64,000 nucleotides of DNA, from the NCBI GenBank assembly GCA_902605165.1, contig CACLBJ010000002.1, positions 167,320 to 231,319 of the forward strand, read 5' to 3'. The notes below the pieces were generated by a model, which saw nothing but the letters and a program-made list of their open reading frames with translations, was not told the origin of the DNA and searched no databases. Made by a program: the position numbers and the translations under genes. Shown here piece by piece: positions 29,801 to 39,127 of this stretch. The DNA is from an uncultured SAR86 cluster bacterium. Its GTDB lineage: Bacteria; Pseudomonadota; Gammaproteobacteria; Magnimaribacterales; D2472. Positions within the stretch are counted from its first letter, which is position 1; each line of letters opens with the position of its first letter.

Positions 29801-30779
29801 CCACTAATCCAACTTTTGGTTTTGCTCCCATTCCAGTTGCACCTTCATCTCTTATCTCTCCTCCTGAGCCAGTAGACGCACCCGGGAATGGAGAGATTGC
29901 AGTTGGATGATTATGAGTTTCTACTTTTATAGTTGAATTAATCTTTTCTTGAATGAATTCATAGCTTTCATCATCATTTACTGAAAGCCTCTTAGTATTG
30001 ACCCCTTCAACAATGGCTGCATTATCTTTATAGGCAGAAATAATATTTTTGGGCGATTCTTTGCTTGTATTTTTTATAAGCTGAAATAAAGATTCTTCTT
30101 TTTCTTCACCATCCACTTGCCAATTGGTATTAAAGATCTTATGTCTGCAATGTTCTGAGTTAGCTTGTGAGAACATCATGAGTTCAGCATCAGTTGGATT
30201 TCTATTAATAGAGTTATAAAAATCTAAGAGATAATTTATTTCATCATCTGAAATTGCAAAACCATATTTTGTATTTGCATCCTCAAGAGCTTTTCTCCCA
30301 CCTGAAATTATATCGATATCACTCAGAATTCTTTTCTCTAACTCAAAGAAAAATTCTGATAACTCTTCAGTTGTTGAGTAAATAGATTGAGTCATGCGAT
30401 CAAAGACAGATGAAAGGTCAAGGTTTGAATTAGGTTCTAAGTTAGAAATCTTAAAACCATAAAATCTCTCAATTCTAGATATTCCAACAATTCCAACATT
30501 GTTAAGAATATCTTCAGTTTTTGAAGACCAAGGGCTTATTGTTGATCTTCTTGGCCCTACAAAAAAATCAAATTTTTTGCTTAGCTGCTCGCAGCCAAGG
30601 ATTTCTTTACAACTATCGAGCTCATTACAGGAGTCCTCTGCAGCAACTAAGAAAACTTCAATACATTCTATTGACGCATTTGTATTATTTAAAAAATTAA
30701 ATTCATCGATAAGCTTGGCGACAGTTGCCGAAGAAAAGGCATTTCCCCCTGAGAAGATATTAATTTTAAAATTTGACAC
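26871..30779 (-). CDS. purL: Phosphoribosylformylglycinamidine synthase (large type)
   Basis: QANSEHCRHKIF, KVETHNHPT, HDVGAGG, LREQGVN, GGFSYGD, GVCNGCQ, MMPHPER. Confidence 0.98.
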   Translation of the reverse strand: MSNFKINIFSGGNAFSSATVAKLIDEFNFLNNTNASIECIEVFLVAAEDSCNELDSCKEILGCEQLSKKFDFFVGPRRSTISPWSSKTEDILNNVGIVGISRIERFYGFKISNLEPNSNLDLSSVFDRMTQSIYSTTEELSEFFFELEKRILSDIDIISGGRKALEDANTKYGFAISDDEINYLLDFYNSINRNPTDAELMMFSQANSEHCRHKIFNTNWQVDGEEKEESLFQLIKNTSKESPKNIISAYKDNAAIVEGVNTKRLSVNDDESYEFIQEKINSTIKVETHNHPTAISPFPGASTGSGGEIRDEGATGMGAKPKVGLVGFNVSNLRLPDFIRPWEDDENKPERIASPLEIMIDGPLGGAAFNNEFGRPSILGYFRSFETSFKDSTAYGYHKPIMLAGGIGEIIDRNNFKKQISEDYLVIVLGGPSMLIGLGGGAASSMSSGQSDEDLDFASVQRDNAEMERRCQEVINTCNNKNPSIIEFIHDVGAGGLSNAIPELAKDSELGVFINLKDIPCADLSMSPMEVWSNESQERYVLSIQSNNKELFSDICKRERCPFAVVGKTTTEKYVKLFDESANNYPVDIPLSMLFGELPLEKKVVKEEKNVFNVEQKIAIDEDNDLDISELDPKAKESVKKHIEKSAESVLSHPTVGSKSFLITIGDRSVGGMVARDQFVGKWQVPTSNYAMSLRSFDDVCGEVISIGERPVLSIHNAAASMRMAVAEAVTNMMSVPIESISSIRASANWMAACGENIEDLNLRKGVEALSSFCIDLGIAIPVGKDSLSMRTTWEKDQTNFTVKSPMTGIISAMAPVNDIRASITTEYKNLEDPCLVLVKPNNFFRLNGSIYQDIFETSFTDTPDISSEELIHLFNFIQEGINKKNIHALHDISDGGIFTTLSELCFTNKIGCSISLDNNLQVSPEQFLFSEEVGAVIQINESKLKGLKQSAHSQNLIFQYLGKIGGSNFDIVDKNMDKLFSRDIAELEQTWSQVSYRIKSIRDNKDDAKSEFDLISKTSNTGLFANDSFKQPKKGLKILNFLKNKPKVAILREQGVNGQNEMAAAFTKAGFEAHDIHMQDLLEQKKDLNQFNGLAVCGGFSYGDVLGAGKGWSSTINFSDSIQEKFLQFFEDEQKFTLGVCNGCQMLSSIKKIIPGTDSWPSFQKNHSDQFEARLSQVKILKSKSVLLNNMEDWSLPIIVSHGEGRACFKNEDEINKLFDTEKVCMTFVDSSGYQTEQYPLNPNKSPSGITGITNDNGNITIMMPHPERVFRSHQFSWKPLSWGEYSPWMQIFINAKRFVS

Positions 30780-30844
30780 TTATTAAAGATTTAAAAAACC
30801 TTAATGCAATTATAGGATAAAAACTTTGCTCAAACAGTACCAAG

Positions 30845-32854
30845 CTAGACTTCTATCAGCTTTCTTTTAAGTTCTTTAATTTTATCTCTGCAATAAGCAG
30901 CTTTTTCAAACTCAGTTTGATTTGCATACTTGTACATCTGCTCCTCAAGCTTATTGATTGATTTTGAGATTTCATCAGGATTTGACTCTTTAATTTTAAA
31001 TTTCAGGTCTTTAGAGTGGTCTTGAGGTCTATTCTTGGATGCTCTTTTATTAACTCTGGCGCCTTCCATAATATCCTTAACGTCTTTCTTAATTGATTGA
31101 GGCTTAATATTATTTTTTTTATTAAACTCAAGTTGTATATTCCTTCTTCTAGATGTTTCAGCTAATGCTCGCTCCATAGACCCAGTCTTTTTATCAGCAT
31201 AAAGGATTGCTTTTCCTCTTATGTTTCTTGCCGCTCTTCCTATTGTCTGAATTAGAGTCGTTTCTGATCTCAAAAAACCTTCTTTATCTGCATCAAGAAT
31301 TGCAACAAGACTCACTTCAGGAATATCAAGACCTTCCCTTAATAGATTTATACCTACTAGAACATCAAATTTACCAAGTCTTAGATCGCGGATAATTTCT
31401 ACCCTTTCAACAGTATCAATATCTGAGTGCATATATCTTGTCTTTATGTCATTTTCATTTAAGTAATCCGTTAAATCTTCTGCCATTCTTTTTGTAAGAG
31501 TTGTTATTAAAACTCGCTCCTTAAGTTTTGCTCTTTCATTACATTCACCAATTACATCATCAACTTGTGAGTTAGCTGGTCTAATTTCAACTGGTGGATC
31601 TGTTAAGCCAGTGGGCCTTATAAGAAGTTCAACTAAGTTATCATTTCTTTCAGATTCATATTTATTTGGGGTAGCAGAAACATATATCCTTTGAGAGGCA
31701 AGCAATTCCCACTCTTCAAACCTCAGAGGCCTATTGTCAACAGCAGATGGAAGCCTAAAACCATACTCAACGAGGGTTTCCTTTCGAGACCTGTCACCTT
31801 TATACATTGCCCCTATTTGTGGCACCGTTACATGAGATTCATCAATAAAAACTAATGAATTTTTTGGAACATAATCAAATAAACATGGAGGCGGATCTCC
31901 AGATTCTCTACCTGATAAGTATCTAGAGTAGTTTTCAATTCCTTGACAATAACCAAGCTCACGCATCATTTCTAAATCATATTGAGTTCTTTCTTGAAGT
32001 CTTTGTGCCTCTACTAATTTATTATTTTCTTTTAAAAAGGCTAGTCTATCTTTGAGTTCCTCTTCGATATCAGGAATGCATGCATTGATTTTTTCTCTTG
32101 GAGTTACGTAGTGAGTCTTTGGAAAGATAGTAGCTCTTGGTGTTTCTGAAATAATCTCACCTGTGAGTGAATCGATCCATAGGAGACTTTCGATTTCATC
32201 TCCGAACATCTGAATGCGCAATGCTTCTCTCTCTGAGTCAGCTGGATATACATCTATAGTGTCTCCCCTGACTCTAAAAGTTGATCTTCTAAAATCAAGA
32301 TCATTTCTTGTATATTGCATAACAGATAGCTTTTTTAAAAGTTGCCTTTGATCAACTTCATCACCTCTGTCCAAATGCATGACCATTTCTAAATAAGATT
32401 CAGGTGCTCCTAATCCATAAATGGATGAAACTGTTGCAACAACAATTGCATCTTTTCTCTCTATCAGCGCTTTTGTTGCAGATAATCGCATTTGCTCAAT
32501 ATGCTCATTAATGGATGCATCTTTAGCTATATAAGTATCTGAGGCTGGGACATAGGCCTCAGGTTGATAATAATCATAGTAAGAAACAAAATATTCAACA
32601 GAATTGTTCGGAAAAAAGTCTCTAAATTCACCATAGAGTTGAGCTGCAAGAGTTTTGTTATGAGCCATGATTATTGCTGGACGCTGTGTCTCTTCTATTA
32701 CTTTTGCCATGGTGTAGGTTTTTCCAGAACCAGTTACACCAAGTAAAACTTGATGAAGCAATCCATTATCAATCCCTGTTACTAAGCTTTTAATAGCCTC
32801 AGGTTGAGCGCCGGCTGGATCAAAATTACTTACTACTTCTAGTTTTTTAGTCAT
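30845..32854 (-). CDS. uvrB: Excinuclease ABC subunit B
   Basis: [46 protein letters not shown]-terminal UVR domain. Confidence 0.99.
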   Translation of the reverse strand: MTKKLEVVSNFDPAGAQPEAIKSLVTGIDNGLLHQVLLGVTGSGKTYTMAKVIEETQRPAIIMAHNKTLAAQLYGEFRDFFPNNSVEYFVSYYDYYQPEAYVPASDTYIAKDASINEHIEQMRLSATKALIERKDAIVVATVSSIYGLGAPESYLEMVMHLDRGDEVDQRQLLKKLSVMQYTRNDLDFRRSTFRVRGDTIDVYPADSEREALRIQMFGDEIESLLWIDSLTGEIISETPRATIFPKTHYVTPREKINACIPDIEEELKDRLAFLKENNKLVEAQRLQERTQYDLEMMRELGYCQGIENYSRYLSGRESGDPPPCLFDYVPKNSLVFIDESHVTVPQIGAMYKGDRSRKETLVEYGFRLPSAVDNRPLRFEEWELLASQRIYVSATPNKYESERNDNLVELLIRPTGLTDPPVEIRPANSQVDDVIGECNERAKLKERVLITTLTKRMAEDLTDYLNENDIKTRYMHSDIDTVERVEIIRDLRLGKFDVLVGINLLREGLDIPEVSLVAILDADKEGFLRSETTLIQTIGRAARNIRGKAILYADKKTGSMERALAETSRRRNIQLEFNKKNNIKPQSIKKDVKDIMEGARVNKRASKNRPQDHSKDLKFKIKESNPDEISKSINKLEEQMYKYANQTEFEKAAYCRDKIKELKRKLIEV

Positions 32855-32901
32855 TTATTTGTTACTAATTAAATAAAAATTAATTATAATGCTTTTCACG
32901 C

Positions 32902-32976
32902 TCCCCTGTAGCTCAGCGGTAGAGCAGTTGACTGTTAATCAATTGGTCGTGTGTTCGATCCACACCGGGGGAGCCA
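32902..32976 (+). tRNA. tRNA-Asn(GTT)
   Basis: TCCCCTG acceptor, TAGCTCAGCGGTAGAGC D arm, GTTGA-CTGTTAA-TCAAT anticodon arm, GTGTG-TTCGATC-CACAC T arm, GCCA end; TATAAT at 32885. Confidence 0.97.
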
Positions 32977-32997
32977 TATTTCATTTATACTGCTACC

Positions 32998-33504
32998 ATG
33001 AAAAAAATTTTTTCACTTTTATTACTTATTATATCTATGAGCACTTTTTCTGATATTTCAAATAATCCTTCCAGTTGGTACATTGTTACCGATCAAGTTA
33101 TGGGAGGAAAGTCAGAATTGGAAGCCGGTTTTGATAATGGTGTTTTCAGTCTAAAAGGATATGTAACTACTGTTAATAATGGTGGTTTCGTAAGGTTAGC
33201 TCACAGACCGGATAGCGTAAGTAAAGAGGTTAAGGGTATTCGCTTTATGGCAAAAGGAAATAATGAAACTTATGAGGTTCATGTAACTATGCAAGGCCTT
33301 AGAATGCCTCCATGGGCATATCACAGCTCAACATTTGATGTTACTTCTGAATGGAAAATGTTTGAAATCAATTTCTCAGACTTCGAAAAGAAGTCTGGCA
33401 TGTCTCCCAGGCTAAACCCCAGCAATATAAGAGATATTAGCTTTGCTGGATATGGCAGAGATTTTGATGTTGATTTAAAAGTCAAAGAAATCTCTTTCTA
33501 TTAA
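32998..33504 (+). CDS. CIA30-family (galactose-binding-like/CBM11-like) protein with signal peptide
   Basis: W..VTDQVMGG.S, G.VTT.NNGGF, KGN.E.Y, W....I.FSDF; hydrophobic N-terminus. Confidence 0.85.
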   Translation: MKKIFSLLLLIISMSTFSDISNNPSSWYIVTDQVMGGKSELEAGFDNGVFSLKGYVTTVNNGGFVRLAHRPDSVSKEVKGIRFMAKGNNETYEVHVTMQGLRMPPWAYHSSTFDVTSEWKMFEINFSDFEKKSGMSPRLNPSNIRDISFAGYGRDFDVDLKVKEISFY

Positions 33505-33508
33505 AGTT

Positions 33509-33925
33509 TTAAGAGTTTTCAACAAAAAATTTTTTTAAGAGCTTAAATATATTTTCTCTGGTTCTTCGAAACTCTTTTTCTAATTGTTGATCCGAATAAC
33601 TATCGATATCGGGATCCTCATTTGCCCAATGAATTTTTTTTGCTTTGCTGTTAAGTGTTGGGCAGAATTCCTCAGCACATAAGGTAATTATGAAATCGAC
33701 ATTATTCATAAATTCCTTATCAAGATCTTCTAAACTTTTAGATTCATGATTTGAAATATCAATTCCTATTTCTTTCATGGCACCAATAGCATTTTTATGT
33801 ACTGAACCACTTGGCTGGGAACCTGCGCTTTGTATGTTGTATTCGGAGCTCATCATTGATTTAGCAAGACCTTCAGCAATTTGACTTCTAGCTGAGTTGC
33901 CAACACAGAGAAATAAAATATTCAT
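33509..33925 (-). CDS. arsC: Thioredoxin-type arsenate reductase / LMW-PTP family
   Basis: ILFLCVGNSARSQIAEG (Cx5R), SAG, EIGIDIS...SK, ITLC....CP, HW...DP. Confidence 0.85.
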   Translation of the reverse strand: MNILFLCVGNSARSQIAEGLAKSMMSSEYNIQSAGSQPSGSVHKNAIGAMKEIGIDISNHESKSLEDLDKEFMNNVDFIITLCAEEFCPTLNSKAKKIHWANEDPDIDSYSDQQLEKEFRRTRENIFKLLKKFFVENS

Positions 33926-33934
33926 AGTTAAAAT

Positions 33935-33957
33935 TTGGGCAGGATTCACCTGCCCAA
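33935..33957 (-). terminator. GC-rich hairpin (terminator or stability element) between hypothetical gene and arsC
   Basis: TTGGGCAGG-ATTCA-CCTGCCCAA, 9-bp perfect stem with a weak U tail. Confidence 0.55.
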
Positions 33958-33963
33958 TGAGAA

Positions 33964-34395
33964 TTATTTAAAGTTTACTTTTCTTAAAACGACAAGATCA
34001 ACTATTTCTCGCATATCTCCATAACCACCAGCTATTTCACTTTGCTCTTCTTCAGAAATCTTTTTTCTCCATGCCTCAACAAACTCCTCATATTTTTCTT
34101 TATCAGGACCCATTGCAGCAAGATTTTCATAGGTTATTGTTAAAAATACATTTGGATCTGTGCCTGCGGTGCTTGCAGTATAAACGGCACAACTCACAAT
34201 ATGTCCAAGTTCTTTTTGTATTTCACAAGAATCTACCCATGTACTCTTTATACCCATTAGATAATCATCAAGCATATTTGGTTTTACTTTTACTACAGTC
34301 ATTTCAGTAACTTGCTCAGCAGGCTCATAGTCTACCCAGATTTCAGCAACGCTAAAGAAAGGAACTAGTAGTGATAAAAATAGAATTTTTTTCAT
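33964..34395 (-). CDS. Exported hypothetical protein, possible dimeric alpha+beta barrel fold
   Basis: SD AGGAG, signal peptide ...SVA; VKVKPN..DDYL, VFLTITYENLAAM pattern. Confidence 0.7.
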   Translation of the reverse strand: MKKILFLSLLVPFFSVAEIWVDYEPAEQVTEMTVVKVKPNMLDDYLMGIKSTWVDSCEIQKELGHIVSCAVYTASTAGTDPNVFLTITYENLAAMGPDKEKYEEFVEAWRKKISEEEQSEIAGGYGDMREIVDLVVLRKVNFK

Positions 34396-34481
34396 AATTT
34401 ACTCCTAAATTTCTAAGTAACTACGATACCACTAGACTCAGAGAAATAGAAAAAATATTTTGTTACCATTGATTAGTAGAA

Positions 34482-35585
34482 ATGAAAATATCAAAAGATA
34501 AGCTGCTGAATAAAACTACCTCTCATGAACATGAATTTATAGAGGCATTAGAACTTTTAGTAGATGACATTAATGCAAATAAAGAAATAAATATGTTTGG
34601 CATTATTGCTTTTATGCATCAATTACATAATCGTATGAATGTAAGAGAGAAGATTCATAAGTTTACAGAAAATAAAAATATGCCTGACCCAGCTGCACCG
34701 ATTATCGTAACAGGCCTTCCTCGATCAGGAACCACTTTTCTCTTTGATATTCTATGCAATGATATAGATCATAGAAGTCCACTTTACTGGGAAATAACAA
34801 GACCTCTTCCATGGTTAGAAAAAGGAAGTTGGCGAGAATCATTAAGAATTTTTGCAACCGATGCTGAGCTACGTTTTGCTAGACTTGTAGTTCCAATGCT
34901 AGATGCTATGCACAAGTTGCGAGCTCTGTCTCCTGAGGAATGTGAGCAATTTAATACGGTAACTGCAAAGAGTGTTGTCTATATCTATATGTCTCATCTT
35001 CCAAACTATAAAAAGTTTTTAATGGAAAGTGATTTTACAAATGTATTTGAGTGGCATAAAAAGTTTTTCCAAATCTTAGAACTCTCAGGTAGACCTAAAA
35101 ACTGGCTGTTTAAAGATCCATCGCATATTGAACATATCCCTGAAATCTTAAAAATTTATCCAAAGGCAAGATTTATTCATATATTTAGAGATCCTATAAA
35201 GTCAATAACCTCAACCTGCAGCCTAACCGAGAAACTTTGGAATGGTTTATGTAATCAAATTGATAGGAAGCTTATTGGGGAACAAACGATTGAGTTTTGG
35301 GAAAATGCAATATTAAAAAATAAAGAAGGAAGAACTTTGCTTGATTCATCAACAAACCTTGATCTCGATTATGCTGATTTCATTAAAGATCCTATTACGA
35401 CAATGGAGAATATTTATGATTTTATTGATAAGCCCTTTGAGGAAAGCATAAAAACTAAAATGGAATCTTATATAAGGAATCATAAGAAACATAAACATGG
35501 CAAGCATCACTATAAGCTTAAAGACTATGGTCTGACAGAGGAAATTATAGAAGATCGCATTGCCTCTAAATGGCAAATAAACTAG
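34482..35585 (+). CDS. Sulfotransferase family protein (mycobacterial Stf-like)
   Basis: 5'-[28 protein letters not shown], 3'-PB HIFRDP...ITS, H.Y.L.DYGL. Confidence 0.88.
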   Translation: MKISKDKLLNKTTSHEHEFIEALELLVDDINANKEINMFGIIAFMHQLHNRMNVREKIHKFTENKNMPDPAAPIIVTGLPRSGTTFLFDILCNDIDHRSPLYWEITRPLPWLEKGSWRESLRIFATDAELRFARLVVPMLDAMHKLRALSPEECEQFNTVTAKSVVYIYMSHLPNYKKFLMESDFTNVFEWHKKFFQILELSGRPKNWLFKDPSHIEHIPEILKIYPKARFIHIFRDPIKSITSTCSLTEKLWNGLCNQIDRKLIGEQTIEFWENAILKNKEGRTLLDSSTNLDLDYADFIKDPITTMENIYDFIDKPFEESIKTKMESYIRNHKKHKHGKHHYKLKDYGLTEEIIEDRIASKWQIN

Positions 35586-35613
35586 TATTAATAAACATTT
35601 AAATTTAAAAGGT

Positions 35614-36135
35614 ATGAGTATGACAAAAACAGTTATTGCAGTAGTTATTTCAACTTCCCTTGGTGATATTAGTCTAGAACTTGATAAAGAAAAGGCCCCG
35701 GGCACAGTTGAAAATTTTATTAATCTTGTTGAATCTGGATACTATGATGAGACTATCTTTCATAGAGTAATTGATGGTTTTATGGTTCAAGGCGGTGGGT
35801 TAAGTGAAGATATGAGAACTAAACCTTCCGGTACTCAACCAATACAAAATGAAGCAAATAATGGCTTAGCAAATGATAGAGGAACTATCGCTATGGCAAG
35901 AACTAATGATCCTCATTCAGCTACAAGTCAGTTTTTTATTAACCATAAAGACAATAGTTTCTTAAATCATTCATCAGAAACCATGCGTGGCTGGGGGTAT
36001 GCAGTATTTGGGAAGGTAATAGATGGAATGGACGTTGTTGATGCTATTGCTGAGGTTGATACCGGTAACTTTCAACAGTATGCAGATGTTCCAGTTGAGC
36101 CAATTATGATTCAATCGATATCTGTTATGGAATGA
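35614..36135 (+). CDS. ppiB: Peptidyl-prolyl cis-trans isomerase B (cyclophilin)
   Basis: [50 protein letters not shown]. Confidence 0.95.
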   Translation: MSMTKTVIAVVISTSLGDISLELDKEKAPGTVENFINLVESGYYDETIFHRVIDGFMVQGGGLSEDMRTKPSGTQPIQNEANNGLANDRGTIAMARTNDPHSATSQFFINHKDNSFLNHSSETMRGWGYAVFGKVIDGMDVVDAIAEVDTGNFQQYADVPVEPIMIQSISVME

Positions 36136-36860
36136 ATCCAATATATTTCATTTCAGACCTACATCTAAGTTCAGTTGAATCGCCTACTACTAGATCATTC
36201 TTTGATTTTTTAGATAACAAAATATCTACCCCTACCAGTCTTTATATTCTAGGTGATTTATTTGAGGTTTGGATTGGAGATGATGATGATACTGAGCTTG
36301 CATCTGTTATTCAGTCTAAGCTTAGTGATTTTGCTAGCAAAGGCAATAAGCTATTTTTTATTGCTGGTAATAGAGATTTTCTCCTTGATAAAAGCTTTGC
36401 AGCTTCAGCAGATATCCAAATCCTTGAAGATCCCTACACAATGACCTTTAACGAAATGAAAATTATCATTAGTCATGGTGATTTTTTGTGCACTCATGAT
36501 TCAGAATATATGGACTTTAGAAAGCAAGTCCGATCTCAGGCTTGGAAGGATGACTTTCTCAGTAAACCCCTAGAAGAGAGAAAACAGATCGCAGACGATA
36601 TGAGGGATGCTAGTAAATCTGCTAGTAAGGATAAATCTTCTAAAATAACTGACGTAAATTTAAATTATGTGGATTCATTTGTTCAAAAAGAAAGGCCAGA
36701 TCTTTTCATTCATGGCCATACTCATCGACCAGACCTTCATGACTTAGAGTATGGAGATTATTCAACTCAGCGAATTGTTTTGGGAGATTGGGATGCTTTC
36801 GGATGGTGCTTAAAACTTGACACCAATGGTCCCGATTTATTTAAATTCAAGATTAAATAA
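36132..36860 (+). CDS. lpxH: UDP-2,3-diacylglucosamine diphosphatase
   Basis: [38 protein letters not shown]; ppiB-lpxH synteny. Confidence 0.95.
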   Translation: MNPIYFISDLHLSSVESPTTRSFFDFLDNKISTPTSLYILGDLFEVWIGDDDDTELASVIQSKLSDFASKGNKLFFIAGNRDFLLDKSFAASADIQILEDPYTMTFNEMKIIISHGDFLCTHDSEYMDFRKQVRSQAWKDDFLSKPLEERKQIADDMRDASKSASKDKSSKITDVNLNYVDSFVQKERPDLFIHGHTHRPDLHDLEYGDYSTQRIVLGDWDAFGWCLKLDTNGPDLFKFKIK

Positions 36861-36864
36861 AGCG

Positions 36865-36902
36865 TTGAAACCTCTCTAAAAGTACTGTATATTTATACAG
36901 TA
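36865..36902 (+). promoter_or_regulatory. LexA (SOS) box over the sigma70 promoter of umuDC
   Basis: TACTGTATATTTATACAGTA (CTG-N10-CAG at 36885-36900); -35 TTGAAA 36865, 17-bp spacer, -10 TATATT 36888. Confidence 0.92.
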
Positions 36903-36921
36903 TTTTTGACACTCCTATATT

Positions 36922-37353
36922 ATGAAAATTAATTACATCGGTACGGTTATTGCAGATAATTTATCTGAACTAATGCTGCCATATTTCCAAGATATGGTAC
37001 ATGCTGGATTCCCTAGTCCTGCAAGTGATTTCATAGAATCGCCTATAGATCTAAATGAATATTTAATAAAAAATAATGCTGCTACCTTTCTTGTGAGAGT
37101 AAGTGGAAAATCTATGGTAGGTGCAGGCATTAATGATGGTGCAACTCTCATAATAGATAGAAGCATTAAGCCCTCTCACAACAGCATTATAGTGGCAGCA
37201 GTCGATGGTGAGTTTGTTTGCAGAAGACTTAAAACTAAGCCTAAATTATGCCTAGTCGCTGAAAATAAAGGCTACAAACCAATCTATATAAATAGCCAAA
37301 TAAACTTTGAAGTAACCGGGCTAGTAACTTCAGTTATTAATCAATTTACATGA
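36922..37353 (+). CDS. umuD: DNA polymerase V subunit UmuD-like (catalytic Lys replaced by Arg)
   Basis: AGFPSPA, IDLNEYLI, ATF.VRV.G.SM, AAVDGEF; upstream of umuC and SOS-boxed. Confidence 0.93.
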   Translation: MKINYIGTVIADNLSELMLPYFQDMVHAGFPSPASDFIESPIDLNEYLIKNNAATFLVRVSGKSMVGAGINDGATLIIDRSIKPSHNSIIVAAVDGEFVCRRLKTKPKLCLVAENKGYKPIYINSQINFEVTGLVTSVINQFT

Positions 37354-38609
37354 GCATAGCCCTGGTAGATTGTGATAGCTTTTATGCTTCATGTGAAAGA
37401 GTGTTTCGTCCTGATCTTAAGAATAGACCTATCGTTGTTCTCTCTAATAATGATGGCTGCGTAATTGCAAGGAGTTCAGAGGCAAAATCGATGGGTGTAA
37501 AGATGGGGGTTCCTTGGTTTAAGATCAAAGATAGCTATATCAGAAAAGGCGGTATTGTTTTCTCATCTAACTTCGCTTTCTATGGAGATATGTCCAGGAG
37601 AGTTATGAATATTTTAAATTCCATTTCTCCAAAAACAGAAGTCTATAGTATTGATGAGGCATTTTTAGATTTCTCAGGTACCGAAAAAAATATAGGCTGT
37701 TTCGATTTTGGATTATATTTAAAGAATACTGTAGGAAGATGGACAGGAATACCTGTGCGAATAGGTATAGGTCCTACTAAAACTCTATCCAAGATTGCTA
37801 GCTATCAAATAAAAAAGAGAGATATTAGATCGAGAGTTTTAGTGCTAGATAATCAGAAAGATATAAATGAAGCACTTAAAAATACTCCAATTGGTGAAAT
37901 ATGGGGAGTTGGGAGAAGACTAAATAGAAAGCTATCAATGGCAGGCATTAGAAATGCTCTACAACTATCATATGCTCCACCTCAGGATATAAGAAAAAGG
38001 TTTAGTATTGTTTTAGAGCGCACAGTTAGAGAACTTAATGGTGAAAAGTGTTTAGATATTGAAGATGTCTCTCCAACTAAAAAACAAATTGTGGTAAGTA
38101 GGAGTTTTGCAAAAAAAATTACTAATTTGGAAGTCCTAAATACTGTTATTAATGATTATGTGGTGAGAGCAGCTGAAAAATTAAGGTCCGAAAAGCAGAA
38201 AAGTTCAAGAATATCAGTATTTATCAGAACCAGCCCTTTTGATGCTAATGAAAGTTATAGGGCTATAAAGAGCTATTCATTCACTTGCCCAACAGATGAT
38301 TCGAGAGACTTTTTGTATGCTGTAAGGAAAATTCTCCCCAAAATTTATAGGCCTAATTATAGGTATTCGAAAGCTGGGATTATGCTAAGTTCATTTTCAG
38401 ATATTGGTTATGTACAAAATTCTTTATTTAATGAAAGACATGCTTACAAGATGGATTCAAAATTGATGCAAGTAATTGATGAGTTAAATCTAAATCAAAA
38501 GCAGATCTATATTGCCTCACAAAATATAGGGAGATTTAAGCCCATACAAAGAAACATGATATCTCCAAAATATACGACTAGATGGAGTGATCTACCTATA
38601 GTTAGGTAG
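37350..38609 (+). CDS. umuC: DNA polymerase V catalytic subunit UmuC
   Basis: ALVDCDSFYASCE.VFRPDL, VLSNNDGCVIARS, YSIDEAF, SRSF, SPKYTTRWSDLP. Confidence 0.96.
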   Translation: MSIALVDCDSFYASCERVFRPDLKNRPIVVLSNNDGCVIARSSEAKSMGVKMGVPWFKIKDSYIRKGGIVFSSNFAFYGDMSRRVMNILNSISPKTEVYSIDEAFLDFSGTEKNIGCFDFGLYLKNTVGRWTGIPVRIGIGPTKTLSKIASYQIKKRDIRSRVLVLDNQKDINEALKNTPIGEIWGVGRRLNRKLSMAGIRNALQLSYAPPQDIRKRFSIVLERTVRELNGEKCLDIEDVSPTKKQIVVSRSFAKKITNLEVLNTVINDYVVRAAEKLRSEKQKSSRISVFIRTSPFDANESYRAIKSYSFTCPTDDSRDFLYAVRKILPKIYRPNYRYSKAGIMLSSFSDIGYVQNSLFNERHAYKMDSKLMQVIDELNLNQKQIYIASQNIGRFKPIQRNMISPKYTTRWSDLPIVR

Positions 38610-39051
38610 CCCGATTGAAAAATTTATAATAGTGAGCCTCGGATAATTGAAGCATTTCTTGATTGATTAGATCCCGAAGTTCTAAAAGAGAAAGATCTGA
38701 AAATTGAGGTAAAATTTCTATCCCGAAATCATTTAAATCTAAGTCTTCATTGCTAGATGCGCGAAGCAAGTCAAAAACCCAAGTAATAGGATCAAGGGAG
38801 TTGTTGAAGTTGATTGAGAATTCATTCATTTTACTCTCAAAGAGGTTGCTATCAGATACGGTAAACTTTTCTTGAAGAATCGTAGCCTTAAATTGTTCGA
38901 GCCTAGAATTTACAACGGACCTTTCGTCGTTTGAAAATTTGCCCCAATTAGTTATTTCATGTGAAAACCTCTTACATCCCTTACAAACATCATCACCAAA
39001 AGTGGTAGAACAGATTCCAATACATGGAGTTGAAGATCGATCTTTACGCAT
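38602..39051 (-). CDS. DUF1289 family protein
   Basis: TPCIGICSTTFGDDVCKGCKRF.HE...W; divergent from acnB as in pseudomonads. Confidence 0.85.
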   Translation of the reverse strand: MRKDRSSTPCIGICSTTFGDDVCKGCKRFSHEITNWGKFSNDERSVVNSRLEQFKATILQEKFTVSDSNLFESKMNEFSINFNNSLDPITWVFDLLRASSNEDLDLNDFGIEILPQFSDLSLLELRDLINQEMLQLSEAHYYKFFNRAT

Positions 39052-39127
39052 ATATTGAATAATACAATAATATTTTATTTTTGTAATTTGGTTGGAAAGT
39101 TTAACCCAAGAGAAGTAAAATAGGCGC

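Noticed and set aside
32855..32901. Possible SOS box upstream of uvrB
   Set aside because: There is no CTG-N10-CAG in the spacer, only AT-rich divergent promoter sequence.
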